The notes beneath the pieces are model-generated. The model did no database searches and was not told where the DNA came from. It saw nothing but the letters and a program-made list of their open reading frames with translations. Positions 8,003 through 17,654 of a DNA stretch of 64,000 bases are shown one piece after another; position 1 is the first letter of the stretch; each line of letters opens with the position of its first letter. The stretch covers positions 78,014 to 142,013 of the forward strand of contig CAZAJQ010000001.1 of the NCBI GenBank assembly GCA_964485795.1, in the 5' to 3' direction. The translations under genes and the position numbers were made by a program. Origin of the DNA: an uncultured Gammaproteobacteria bacterium (lineage in GTDB: Bacteria > Patescibacteriota > Patescibacteriia > VMEV01 > CAZAJQ01).

Positions 8003-10300
8003 ATGAAATTCCGCGCCACCCTCTGCACCACTCTCCTCCTCGGACTTTTCTCTCTTCCCTTCATCCCGCCGCTCTCGGCTCAAACGAGTTCTCCGGATCT
8101 GTATGTCAAGACGCTTGCATTCAGTAACTCCCAAGGCTATGACACCCTCGAAGCCGAAATCTGCAACAATGGCGGAGCCACTTCTTTCAGTCAGGTGACG
8201 TACGTGCGATTTGCCACACCGACGACGGTGTCCGATCCGTATGAATCCGTGATTTATTACCCGATTTCAACCAACAAATGCACCAAAATCTATTCCAACC
8301 CTTCGCTTCTCAAAAACGAAAAGGCCGGGACGCTGGAAGTGCAGGTGATGGTGGATCCGCAGAACCTTATCAAAGAATCCAATGAAACCAACAATGTCAC
8401 TACGGCAACCGTCACGATCCCCATCCTTGCCGATCGAATCGACCTGATAGTAAAGAATTTCACCGCCGAAGGCAAGAGCCTTATCGTCGAGGTATGCAAT
8501 CAATCCCAAGTGGCCACGGTTTCGGAAAACACCTATGTTTCCCTGAGCGCCGAGCTTAATCATCCCTCGCATCCGACGATTTTCGGATCCACTTCCGTCG
8601 CCGAGCAGCTCAAACCTCAAGCATGCACCAATGCCATCATCGAATTTTTCGAAACCATCATACCCGATACCTATGAAACGACCCTGACCGTGGATGATGT
8701 GGGCATCATCAAAGAAGCGGACGATGAGAATAACACCCTCGTCAAATCAATCGTCTTTGCGCCTTCGTTACCGACGCTTTCCGATCTTGAATTGCGAAAC
8801 GTCACCTTTTCGGACACCAAATCATCGAACCCCTTTGCGGCAAGCGGCCCCAGAGTCAGCGCGGATATCTGCAATCTCGGCGATACGCTGTGGAATTATT
8901 TTGATATTTCCTTTTTCCTTGACGGTACCTTTCTCGCAAGCCAAAACTTTTCGCAATTTGCAGATCATCATTGCACGAATCTCTGGGAAAATCTGCAAAA
9001 TTTCGTACCCGCGGGCGATCATGAGATCCGAGCCGCGATCAGCTTTTACGACGGCAATGATGCAAACCCGAACAATGACTCGGCGAGCGCAAGCGTAAAA
9101 CTTTTGAGAGATTATGCGCCGGACGTGACCATCAAAAATGTCTGGTTTTCAAAAACCATCGATCCCATCATGCTTTCCACAGCCGCCGGTGGCGGATTTT
9201 CGCAAACCGGGCCCTATATGCTCGCGGAAGTGTGCAATATCGGTGAAACCGTGATCGCCTCTTCACTGGACGTCTCATTTTTGCTCGGATCCGAAAACAT
9301 CTCGATTTCCTATTATCTCGCCTTGCGTCCGGGACGATGCGCCACGTCTTTGGCGGATCTGTACGGCAAAAACATCCCCAAGGGCACATACGACATCGTT
9401 GCGAACGCCGATTCGTTTCAATTCATCGCCGAAAGCAATGAAAAAAACAATTCTTTGAGCAAGTCCATCACCATCCCAAATGACATACTGCCTCCAAAAC
9501 TTGCCAACCTGCTGATCAATGAAATCGGCTTTGGCGAGCTTCCGGGAAGCGCGGACAAGAAACCGACGCTCTACGCAAAAATTTGCAATGAAGGGAAAAT
9601 AGACGTTCCCGCAAGCAGCGATGGCGTACTCCCCAATCTTTCCACTGCTTTTACCATCAATGATGAAGCTTGGAAGCAGGTCATCGTCCCCACCACCTTT
9701 GGATTTGCCGTCGGCGAATGCCGTTACATCGGTGTCGACATCCATGCCAATCAAAATTTCATCCCGTATGACGACAAGCCGCATTCCATCTCGATTTTTA
9801 CCGATTATTATTTCCAAATTCCGGAAACCGATGAATATGACAATTTTCGCGATACGGTGATGAACTTTCCTTTTCTTGATGCTTCCCTCCCCCCGTTTCC
9901 TGAAGGATCACTCTTAAAAAGCATCACCGGACCCAAAATCTATAAGATTGAAAAAGGAAAAAAGCGATGGATCGAAAATGAAAACGCTTTCAACCTCAAT
10001 AAATTCAAATGGGACGCCATTGTCGAGGTGGATGATACTGTTTTGGAACAGTATCCGGACGGATACCCGATAACGACCAAGCTTTCCACGGAAAAAAATC
10101 TTATCAAGGTCAATTTCAATCCGGACGTCTATCTCATCGAAAACGGACAACGAAGGCATATTGAAGACGAAGGAATCTTTTATACCTATGGATTCCGTTG
10201 GCAAGATATCATCACCGTCAGTCCCGAAGAGTTGGATTCCTATCCCTTGGGGGAACCCATCAATTATTCCAATCCTCCGAAACCCATTGCAATAAGTTAA
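8003..10300 (+). CDS. Secreted multi-CARDB (Ig-like) surface protein with two C-terminal repeats
   Basis: Signal peptide; repeated DL...EICNxG...ExNExNN units; two YxIExGxxRxIExExxF...FxWxxI repeats. Confidence 0.85.
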   Translation: MKFRATLCTTLLLGLFSLPFIPPLSAQTSSPDLYVKTLAFSNSQGYDTLEAEICNNGGATSFSQVTYVRFATPTTVSDPYESVIYYPISTNKCTKIYSNPSLLKNEKAGTLEVQVMVDPQNLIKESNETNNVTTATVTIPILADRIDLIVKNFTAEGKSLIVEVCNQSQVATVSENTYVSLSAELNHPSHPTIFGSTSVAEQLKPQACTNAIIEFFETIIPDTYETTLTVDDVGIIKEADDENNTLVKSIVFAPSLPTLSDLELRNVTFSDTKSSNPFAASGPRVSADICNLGDTLWNYFDISFFLDGTFLASQNFSQFADHHCTNLWENLQNFVPAGDHEIRAAISFYDGNDANPNNDSASASVKLLRDYAPDVTIKNVWFSKTIDPIMLSTAAGGGFSQTGPYMLAEVCNIGETVIASSLDVSFLLGSENISISYYLALRPGRCATSLADLYGKNIPKGTYDIVANADSFQFIAESNEKNNSLSKSITIPNDILPPKLANLLINEIGFGELPGSADKKPTLYAKICNEGKIDVPASSDGVLPNLSTAFTINDEAWKQVIVPTTFGFAVGECRYIGVDIHANQNFIPYDDKPHSISIFTDYYFQIPETDEYDNFRDTVMNFPFLDASLPPFPEGSLLKSITGPKIYKIEKGKKRWIENENAFNLNKFKWDAIVEVDDTVLEQYPDGYPITTKLSTEKNLIKVNFNPDVYLIENGQRRHIEDEGIFYTYGFRWQDIITVSPEELDSYPLGEPINYSNPPKPIAIS

Positions 10301-10393
10301 TTATGCAAAGTTTTCCACAGCACCAATCAGTGTTCGTAAGAAAATCAATGCGAATAGCATGAAATAATGGTAAGAAATAGAGCCACCTTTCCA

Positions 10394-10421
10394 TTGACTG
10401 ATGTTTTAAATACGCTATACT
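10394..10421 (+). promoter_or_regulatory. sigma70-like promoter
   Basis: TTGACT-16-TATACT upstream of the 10644/11487 genes. Confidence 0.55.
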
Positions 10422-10643
10422 CAAATCAGTACTTCACAAACAGCATCCCCCAATCGTAGGCAACTCTTGGGGGATTTTGTTTTCAGCGATACCTTTTGAA
10501 CGTATAAGGTCTTCGCAATCGTTCATTGAAAAACTTCATCCTTTTTTCAATCTAAAGTCCTTCACTGTGATTCTTTACTTCCCCCAAAGGAATCAAAGAA
10601 AGTACTTTAACAATTTCATGGTTTTGCAGAAAGGAAATCTGCC

Positions 10644-11462
10644 ATGACAAAGAGCTCAATCGTTCTCGCGCTGGCGCTATGCGTCTTTGCGACACTTACC
10701 GAACAGGCGCAAGCAAAAGCCCGCTCTCAAAAAACTTCTCAAGGGAATACTTTTCAGGTTCCCAAAGACGAAGACATGCCCAAGTATATCGAAGGATCCG
10801 TGGATGCCATCTTCACGTCAGGTTACTCTGAAATTCACCTTTTGGTTCGAGGAAAATACGACTTATTCGAATCAAAGGGGTTTAACATGGTTCCCTACGC
10901 GGAAATTTGTCACGACATGATCAAAATCGACGAGGCATGGGAAATCAACGGCCTCAAAGCTCCCTCACTTTCCAATACGCTTATTCTCTCGGAAAGCACA
11001 TTTTCCGGAGGCGTTGAATTGCTGTTGTGGAAATCTTGGTCATTACGCATTCTCTGCGGCGTTTCTCACTTTGAAGATTCGGATTATCGCTCCTATGAAA
11101 ATCCGGATCAACAGTGGAAATTGCGGTGGAGCTTCAAAGCGACCTACAAGCATTCCAAAGCGTTTACATGGAGCGCTCATGTGAGCTACCATCATGCGTT
11201 GCCTCATGTTTGGACATGGAACATCAACGCTCGGCTGCTTCCCGTCTGGGCTCAATGGCAAAAACGTCAATTCTTCCTCATGAATATGTTTTACGAAGGA
11301 TTGAAAGTGGATTCCATCTCAGTGCATAAGTATGGGGTCGCATTCATGGGAAAATTTCTTATCCACGAATTCGGACTGAAAGGAGGCATGTATGTCCAAA
11401 AACACAAGCTAGCGAATCGCTCGGGATTGTTCATCGGTTTCTCTGTTTCGATCTTATTTTAA
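10644..11462 (+). CDS. Secreted hypothetical protein, outer-membrane beta-barrel-like
   Basis: Signal peptide ending AQA; alternating amphipathic strands rich in W/Y/F; C-terminus GLFIGFSVSILF. Confidence 0.6.
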   Translation: MTKSSIVLALALCVFATLTEQAQAKARSQKTSQGNTFQVPKDEDMPKYIEGSVDAIFTSGYSEIHLLVRGKYDLFESKGFNMVPYAEICHDMIKIDEAWEINGLKAPSLSNTLILSESTFSGGVELLLWKSWSLRILCGVSHFEDSDYRSYENPDQQWKLRWSFKATYKHSKAFTWSAHVSYHHALPHVWTWNINARLLPVWAQWQKRQFFLMNMFYEGLKVDSISVHKYGVAFMGKFLIHEFGLKGGMYVQKHKLANRSGLFIGFSVSILF

Positions 11463-11486
11463 AAACCTCACACAAGGAGTAAAAAC

Positions 11487-14201
11487 ATGAAGAGAACATG
11501 TTTTGTACTGAATTTGTTGTTCTTGGTGCTTATCCCTCATGTGGCTTCCGCTTCCGGATACCTGAATATCACGGCGCGCGATCAAAGCGGGAAAAACCTC
11601 ACGCCCATCATTTACTTGAGCGGGATATTCAAAGGGTTTCCTCCTCAGCTGATGACCTTGCCGGCGGGAAATTACTCTCTCAAATTGAGCGTCATCAACG
11701 GCTATACGGAGCAATTTACCAATCCGCAAACCATTACGATTTCGGAAGGCAAAACTCTGACCGTTGATCTGCTGTACACCTCCACAAACCTCGGGACACT
11801 CAATGTCTCGGCCGTGGATACGACGGGAAAATTCTTAGGCGCGCCGTTTTCTCTTGCCGGAACGTCAAAAGGGTCTACCGCGCAATCGCTCTCCCTGAAT
11901 TCCGGCACCTATCGCGTTTCGTTTGGAACTCTTGCCGGATACTCGCTGATCAGCCAAAAAGATGTGGATGCTACGGTGTTACCCGGCATCCCCACCTCGA
12001 TCAAGGCGACTTACCAGATCCTCATGAGCTTTCAAGACGTCACCGGTCCGGATATCGTCTTTCATTCTCCCCTGCCTTTTGGCACCGTGAATCAAAGCAG
12101 CATCCTGATCAAAGGATCCATCACGGATCAAAGTCGCATTACCGCGTTTTCCGTGAACAATGTATCTTCCATCAACATTGATGCCGGAAACTGGGAATGC
12201 GGAGTGAACCTCGCGTACGGGACGAATTCCATCGCGTTCAACGCTCAAGATGAATATGGAAACAGCACGGTGAAGTACCTCATTCTCGTGTATTCGCCTC
12301 CGGACACGACGGCTCCTCTCATCACGATTGACTCGCCGTCAAACAATACCGCGCTCACCACGGATACGGCGGTCATCAAAGGAACGATCAGCGACGCCAA
12401 TGCCATCACGTCTTTTACGCTCAATGGCACACTCGGCGTGCTGCCAAACGGCAATAATTGGCAAGTGACTCACAAGCTCATGGAAGGAATCAACCTTCTC
12501 AATTTCCGAGCTGTCGATGAGTACAACAACATTTCCGAAAAGCAGCTGATCCTCTCATATACGAGACCCTTGCCGCCTTCGGGAAACGTCGAAGCCGTCA
12601 TTTCGGATGCCAATGTCACCTATCTGGTGCAGGAAGACAATGAATCCAATGCCAACGTCAAAAAAAATGACTTGCAGTGGAAAACCGCTAATCTCGTTTC
12701 CGAAACCGTACTGGTGCGTCAGGGAAGATTGATACGATTTTCCGGTTACGGGAAAAGCGCCACCGTATCTCCGATCACCGCCTATCAATGGTATGTCATG
12801 GATAACGGGAAAAAAATCGTGCTGTCGGGCAATGCCAGCTTCTCAAGTCGATTTTTACCCTATATCAATTACCAAAGCACGAATGCGGTGCTGACGGTGT
12901 TCTTCGAAGTGCGGGAAAATGCAAACACATGGTCATATCCGGCTTCCATCACCATCACGTTCAAAAGATTCGTGAAATTGTATCCGGTTTTTACGGAACA
13001 TTGGATCGCATCCGGAAATCGCTATGGAGATACCGGCGAAGATCCTAAAAACAATACGCATCTCAAATACTTCGGATCCAAAATCAATGATAATTTCGCC
13101 ATTGATTTCAACTACGGTTCCGATCGAGATGATTATCAGCGAATCCTGGTATGTCCCTTCAAAAAGGGTCAAATAACCAAGGCGGACAACTACAGCGGAT
13201 GGGGTCGTCGAGTCGGAATTACGCCGCTGGATGACTTTGACCAGCCCATTACCGATCATCTTGGAAATCCATTTCTGTACATGATCTGCCACTGTGCGGT
13301 CGTTTCCGTTTCCGAAGGTGATATCGTCTTTCTCGGCAATGAACTCGGCACTTGCGGAGCCACCAATGTCACGCAGCATAGCAATGCCACAGACAATGAC
13401 ATGAAACCCCATGTTCACGGTGCTCTCTATACCGTACGCGGCGATTGGCTGGTCAGTGTGGCGCAAGAGCCGCTGTTTCTCAATCCTAGCGATGACGAAA
13501 AAGTCGTGGATATGCTCATGGACAAGGAAACTCCGTATGAGTCACAAAACACGTTAAAAAGAAATCCGGGTATCATCGTTGTGGATGATGGCGCGGCATC
13601 CGGACTCGTCTATGATCCGCTCTACGTATATTTCGGTTACAATCGAAGCCGATATTTTTCCGAAACCTCGGTGACAAGCTCGACGGTTGAGCACGTTTGG
13701 ACGCCGACCGTCGCAAGCTCGGGATTTTACATGATCGAAGTCCTTATCCCCTATCTCAAATCCGACTCTGAAAAAGCCGTTTATGAAATCTTCACGTCCG
13801 AAGGAAAGATATATACGGCTCAAGTCAATCAGAATCTGTATGTGAACGAATGGGTGAGATTGAAAACTTCGGATCATCAATTCACTTTTTACTTCTCGAA
13901 AGGAGACAAAAACTTCGTCAAACTCACGAATAAGACGGGTGAATCCGGAAAGACACTCAGCTTTGACGCCATTCGCTTCATACAAATCAGTTCCAGCGAA
14001 TTTGGCGGCGGAAATGACGCGACCGGATCAAGCACGGACACTCGGCAAAAAAATCGCGGAGGATGTTACATGAATGCAAATGTCACATGCGACTCTCGCA
14101 ATCAAAGTGAATCGCTTGAGGACATCTTCGAAAACTTTTTTGCTCTCTATCTGCCTCTCGCACTTTTGATCTTTACTATGTACATTGTGAAAAAACGTTA
14201 A
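11487..14201 (+). CDS. Surface protein: PEGA-like and Ig-like repeats, M23-like peptidase, golvesin/Xly-CBD-like domain, GGC-TM-basic tail
   Basis: Signal peptide; H...FAIDFN, GWGRRV, CHC and PHVH motifs; VNQ...WVRL...FDAIRF; tail RGGCYM...LYLPLALLIFTMYIVKKR. Confidence 0.75.
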   Translation: MKRTCFVLNLLFLVLIPHVASASGYLNITARDQSGKNLTPIIYLSGIFKGFPPQLMTLPAGNYSLKLSVINGYTEQFTNPQTITISEGKTLTVDLLYTSTNLGTLNVSAVDTTGKFLGAPFSLAGTSKGSTAQSLSLNSGTYRVSFGTLAGYSLISQKDVDATVLPGIPTSIKATYQILMSFQDVTGPDIVFHSPLPFGTVNQSSILIKGSITDQSRITAFSVNNVSSINIDAGNWECGVNLAYGTNSIAFNAQDEYGNSTVKYLILVYSPPDTTAPLITIDSPSNNTALTTDTAVIKGTISDANAITSFTLNGTLGVLPNGNNWQVTHKLMEGINLLNFRAVDEYNNISEKQLILSYTRPLPPSGNVEAVISDANVTYLVQEDNESNANVKKNDLQWKTANLVSETVLVRQGRLIRFSGYGKSATVSPITAYQWYVMDNGKKIVLSGNASFSSRFLPYINYQSTNAVLTVFFEVRENANTWSYPASITITFKRFVKLYPVFTEHWIASGNRYGDTGEDPKNNTHLKYFGSKINDNFAIDFNYGSDRDDYQRILVCPFKKGQITKADNYSGWGRRVGITPLDDFDQPITDHLGNPFLYMICHCAVVSVSEGDIVFLGNELGTCGATNVTQHSNATDNDMKPHVHGALYTVRGDWLVSVAQEPLFLNPSDDEKVVDMLMDKETPYESQNTLKRNPGIIVVDDGAASGLVYDPLYVYFGYNRSRYFSETSVTSSTVEHVWTPTVASSGFYMIEVLIPYLKSDSEKAVYEIFTSEGKIYTAQVNQNLYVNEWVRLKTSDHQFTFYFSKGDKNFVKLTNKTGESGKTLSFDAIRFIQISSSEFGGGNDATGSSTDTRQKNRGGCYMNANVTCDSRNQSESLEDIFENFFALYLPLALLIFTMYIVKKR

Positions 14202-14328
14202 TTCTATCTTGGGAGTTGCCTTTATCAAAAGGTAACTCCCTCTTTCGCTTTGTCGCGATCGCATGGGCTTCTCATCGAGACGGATATTTGAAACCGTTTC
14301 ATAAAAAATCTCATCATCGAAAAAATAT

Positions 14329-15159
14329 ATGCAAACCACCTTTCTCAAAGTCATTTTTTTCATCACTCTCGCGCTTTCCACGGCCGTGGTTTTGGAGAAC
14401 ATGAAGAACAATTCGCCGGAAACCGATCGGAATGTCGCTGGAACCGAACCCGTTCAAAAAGTCGAGGAGTCAAAAACGCCTGCCGAAATCGCTCAAACCC
14501 CGCCTGATACCGCCTCTCCGACAACAGGTGCCTCGACGACTCAACCAGATCCCGAAAAAAAGGAAGAAACCGCTCCCAAAACGCAAGCCGAAGTGAAAAA
14601 ACCCATAAAAACGACATCACCTATCCCGACCAGAGAAACCGTGACCGAAATCACCAGAATATCGGATAAACTCATTGGAGATATAGCTTTCAGTGCCGAA
14701 GAAAAAAAGTTACTCGATATGTCAACATGGAAAAAATTCACGCATCCGGATTGGCATTATTCGTTGATGATTCCGCCATTTTTGGAAATAAAAGAATCGG
14801 ATAGCTCGGATATAACCTCGTGGCGGGATCCGCAAAAGCGAATTTCGCTTTTCATCTGGTATCTCCCTGACGGGTATGGACCTTCATTTGATACGCTGTC
14901 ATATTCCTTCGAATGGGATGCCGAGAAAAATTTTATTTTTAAAAATAAAAAAAGGTATATTTATCCCATAAACCAAGAACCGCCGGTTGATTATGTCTCG
15001 TACGGGGCTTATATGAGTGTTGACAAAAAGAGAGGAGCTACCATCGACATTTCGGCTGGAGTGAAGGATGATTCGAAATTCTATCAAAAAATATTCGAAC
15101 AAATTGCGTTTTCATTTCAGCTCAAAACCGATCTTCGAGATGTTCGAGAGGTACCATAA
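14329..15159 (+). CDS. N-terminally anchored hypothetical protein with P/T/E-rich linker and possible PsbP-like domain
   Basis: N-terminal TM; WKKFTHPDWHYSLMIP...FEQIAFSFQL pattern. Confidence 0.65.
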   Translation: MQTTFLKVIFFITLALSTAVVLENMKNNSPETDRNVAGTEPVQKVEESKTPAEIAQTPPDTASPTTGASTTQPDPEKKEETAPKTQAEVKKPIKTTSPIPTRETVTEITRISDKLIGDIAFSAEEKKLLDMSTWKKFTHPDWHYSLMIPPFLEIKESDSSDITSWRDPQKRISLFIWYLPDGYGPSFDTLSYSFEWDAEKNFIFKNKKRYIYPINQEPPVDYVSYGAYMSVDKKRGATIDISAGVKDDSKFYQKIFEQIAFSFQLKTDLRDVREVP

Positions 15160-15247
15160 ACGATGGCACTCGAGCGAAATAAAAAAAGAACTCTATCGTG
15201 TGACTGTGATAGAGTTCCTGAAAGGGCAGATGAATGAAATCATTATT

Positions 15248-16180
15248 TTATTGTCTTTTCCCCCTGAAAAAGAATTCGATATTGATTCCCAAGAAAAAAT
15301 TGACCTCCTTGCCACTATCCTTGGGATTAGATTCGATGGTGAAACCAGCATAACTGAAAACATTGAATGCCGGAGTTTCAATCCGACATACCGCTTTCAG
15401 AACAAAGGAACTCGTTGCCTGAGGAATGTGGCTATACCCTGCCATTAATCCCCCCATTATAATTGATTTTTTTCCGGCGCATAGTCCGCCCTCCCAGCTG
15501 TAAAGATTCGGAATTTTTATGGTCGAGAACCCTTCCCCGAATATGGAGAAGTCGAGTCCACCAAGATTTCCCAAGTGAAAACTTAAGTTTCCACGGATCT
15601 CAGTAGTCTCAGCATTGGATGTTCCATATTTGTGTTCATCATTTTCATCACCCTGAACTATGGACATCCAGCCAAAAGTGCAATCCAGTCGGATTCGATG
15701 AGACTCTCCTCCCAAGGAAATTCCCCCCAAATATGAAACCCTTCGGAAGTCTTTCTTTTCATCACTTCGGGCGCTCCAGTTCACCACTTGAGCTCTTAAC
15801 CCCACTGGCAAATCCCCGAAGAAAAGAGAACTACCAAAATAATTTTCAAGGCTTCCGATTTTCTTTGAGATCTTCAGTTTAGATCCCGCAGAAACTTCAA
15901 GGATGTTGGAGTCCATTTCTCGCTCAAACTCCTTCAACCTCCTTCTTAGGTTTTCATTTTCCTTCTTTAATTTAGGAAAATGTTTCCTATAAAGTTCAAC
16001 TTCCTTTTTCTTGGTTTCTTCTTCAGCTCCCTCATCTTCCTCTTCAAAAGATTCAGAAGGTTTAGCTTTCTTCGCCGTTGAGTTGGCCTTTTTCACAGGA
16101 TTCTCCTCTTGAGCGAAAAGGGGTGATAAAGGAGAGATGGAAAACACAAGAATGAGAACCAGCACCAGTAAATTTTTCAT
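15248..16180 (-). CDS. Secreted hypothetical protein: acidic/coiled-coil N-region plus beta-barrel-like domain
   Basis: Signal peptide (LFA-QE); Gly/aromatic-rich amphipathic strands; last strand VNFFLGINIEFFF; SD-like AGGAG upstream. Confidence 0.6.
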   Translation of the reverse strand: MKNLLVLVLILVFSISPLSPLFAQEENPVKKANSTAKKAKPSESFEEEDEGAEEETKKKEVELYRKHFPKLKKENENLRRRLKEFEREMDSNILEVSAGSKLKISKKIGSLENYFGSSLFFGDLPVGLRAQVVNWSARSDEKKDFRRVSYLGGISLGGESHRIRLDCTFGWMSIVQGDENDEHKYGTSNAETTEIRGNLSFHLGNLGGLDFSIFGEGFSTIKIPNLYSWEGGLCAGKKSIIMGGLMAGYSHIPQATSSFVLKAVCRIETPAFNVFSYAGFTIESNPKDSGKEVNFFLGINIEFFFRGKRQ

Positions 16181-16368
16181 TGTTTAGCTCCTTTTTTTGC
16201 TAAATAATGTTGATAGATATAAGTTACAACCAATTAAAGAATGCAAAAACTTATCATATTTAGTGGTATTTGTCAAATAAATGTACTGCGGGGTCACTTT
16301 TCCTCTCCCTTGAAAAAAAACACATCTTCTTTTTTATGGCTAAAAACAAACAAAAATTCATTATTTTG

Positions 16369-16397
16369 TTGACAAATTTGTATTAATGTGATATTAT
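16369..16397 (+). promoter_or_regulatory. sigma70 promoter with extended -10
   Basis: TTGACA-17-TATTAT with TGn; a divergent TTGACA-17-TAAGTT lies at 16276-16248 on the minus strand. Confidence 0.7.
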
Positions 16398-16534
16398 AGA
16401 TCGTAAGTAAACGATACCTTTTGATGGCCGACCGCTCATTACAATAGTATCTTAACGACAATATTCGATGCTTTCGAAACTTGTAGTTTGGGTTCTATTG
16501 TTTTTTTTATTTCCGTTTTAGGAAGGATACTCAA

Positions 16535-16885
16535 ATGGAAAAGTTATTGATCGTGCTCGCCCTCATCAGCCTCACCGGATGCTCCACTACTCAAACTCCC
16601 GTAACACCTATTGAATCATCAGCTCCAAAAATCGAACGATTCAAAAAGGGTTCATTTATTACTCAAGCATCAGAAGTTTTAACAAAAAATGGCATGAACT
16701 CAACTGCCATTGCGATGATGAATATCGAGCAAAGAGCATCGACGGTTGGTGAATATCTCGAACTGCTTGAAAATTTCGAAATGTTTTTTCTAAAAACAGG
16801 GAAGCTTGCAAACGCTTACGGAAACGAAATTTTTAGAACCAGAAACGAAGCAAAAAAATTCGGTAGGGAATATCCTGCTGAATAA
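16535..16885 (+). CDS. Orphan lipoprotein
   Basis: MEKLLIVLALISLTG-C lipobox; AGGA upstream. Confidence 0.75.
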   Translation: MEKLLIVLALISLTGCSTTQTPVTPIESSAPKIERFKKGSFITQASEVLTKNGMNSTAIAMMNIEQRASTVGEYLELLENFEMFFLKTGKLANAYGNEIFRTRNEAKKFGREYPAE

Positions 16886-17006
16886 TCAAAAAAATCTCAA
16901 AGTAAACCTCCTCCTATATCACCACAATTGAATAGATGAGACGGATTTACTATCATTCTTAAACAAACACAACAAACTTTACATCGTATTCCCCCGCCTC
17001 GACACA

Positions 17007-17405
17007 GTGATGTCTCCGCGAAGCTCATCTTCTCGGCAACATCGTTGTACCGAGAATTGGTCTTGGTACATGTTCTTAAGAAAAAGTGAGGATCAATTTC
17101 TGGAACTTTTCCCCTGCGATATCTTTAATGAGGGATGGAATCGATTTGGCCCATATGGTCAAGATCTCATTGATACGTTGTTAAAGGTACTGGAATCACC
17201 TCATGGCAAGGATGTATGGTTTAAGGTTGAAAAAATCTCTCAATCGTACGGAACTATGAGAAAACTCAATCTTGTTCATCCGCTCCTAAAGTGCGATGTG
17301 ATTATTGAGGATTCTTTTGAACACTATATCGATCGATCTGGCAAAATCAGCATTTATCCAGAAAAAATGATGAATTCACAAGAACTGGAAGAAGAATGCC
17401 TGTGA
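17007..17405 (+). CDS. Hypothetical protein
   Basis: 132-codon ORF in AT-rich DNA with no competing frame; start uncertain. Confidence 0.45.
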   Translation: MMSPRSSSSRQHRCTENWSWYMFLRKSEDQFLELFPCDIFNEGWNRFGPYGQDLIDTLLKVLESPHGKDVWFKVEKISQSYGTMRKLNLVHPLLKCDVIIEDSFEHYIDRSGKISIYPEKMMNSQELEEECL

Positions 17406-17654
17406 TAAAAATCGATCAATCCAAAGGTGCTCGTAGCATGCACTTCAAATTATGATGCTACAAAAAAAAGTTACGAGTATCTTCGGATTCTTATAACTTG
17501 GGGTTGTTTTAAAAAAAGCATTTCATATGACAGAAATGCTTCTCGATACTATTTTTTTCTTGAGAGCGGATTCATTCGATCTCCCAAGGGGTGCTTCATA
17601 AGCGGCCTCTTTTTTTTTATAAAAATTATTTTTTTATAACTGCCATAGTAGTCG

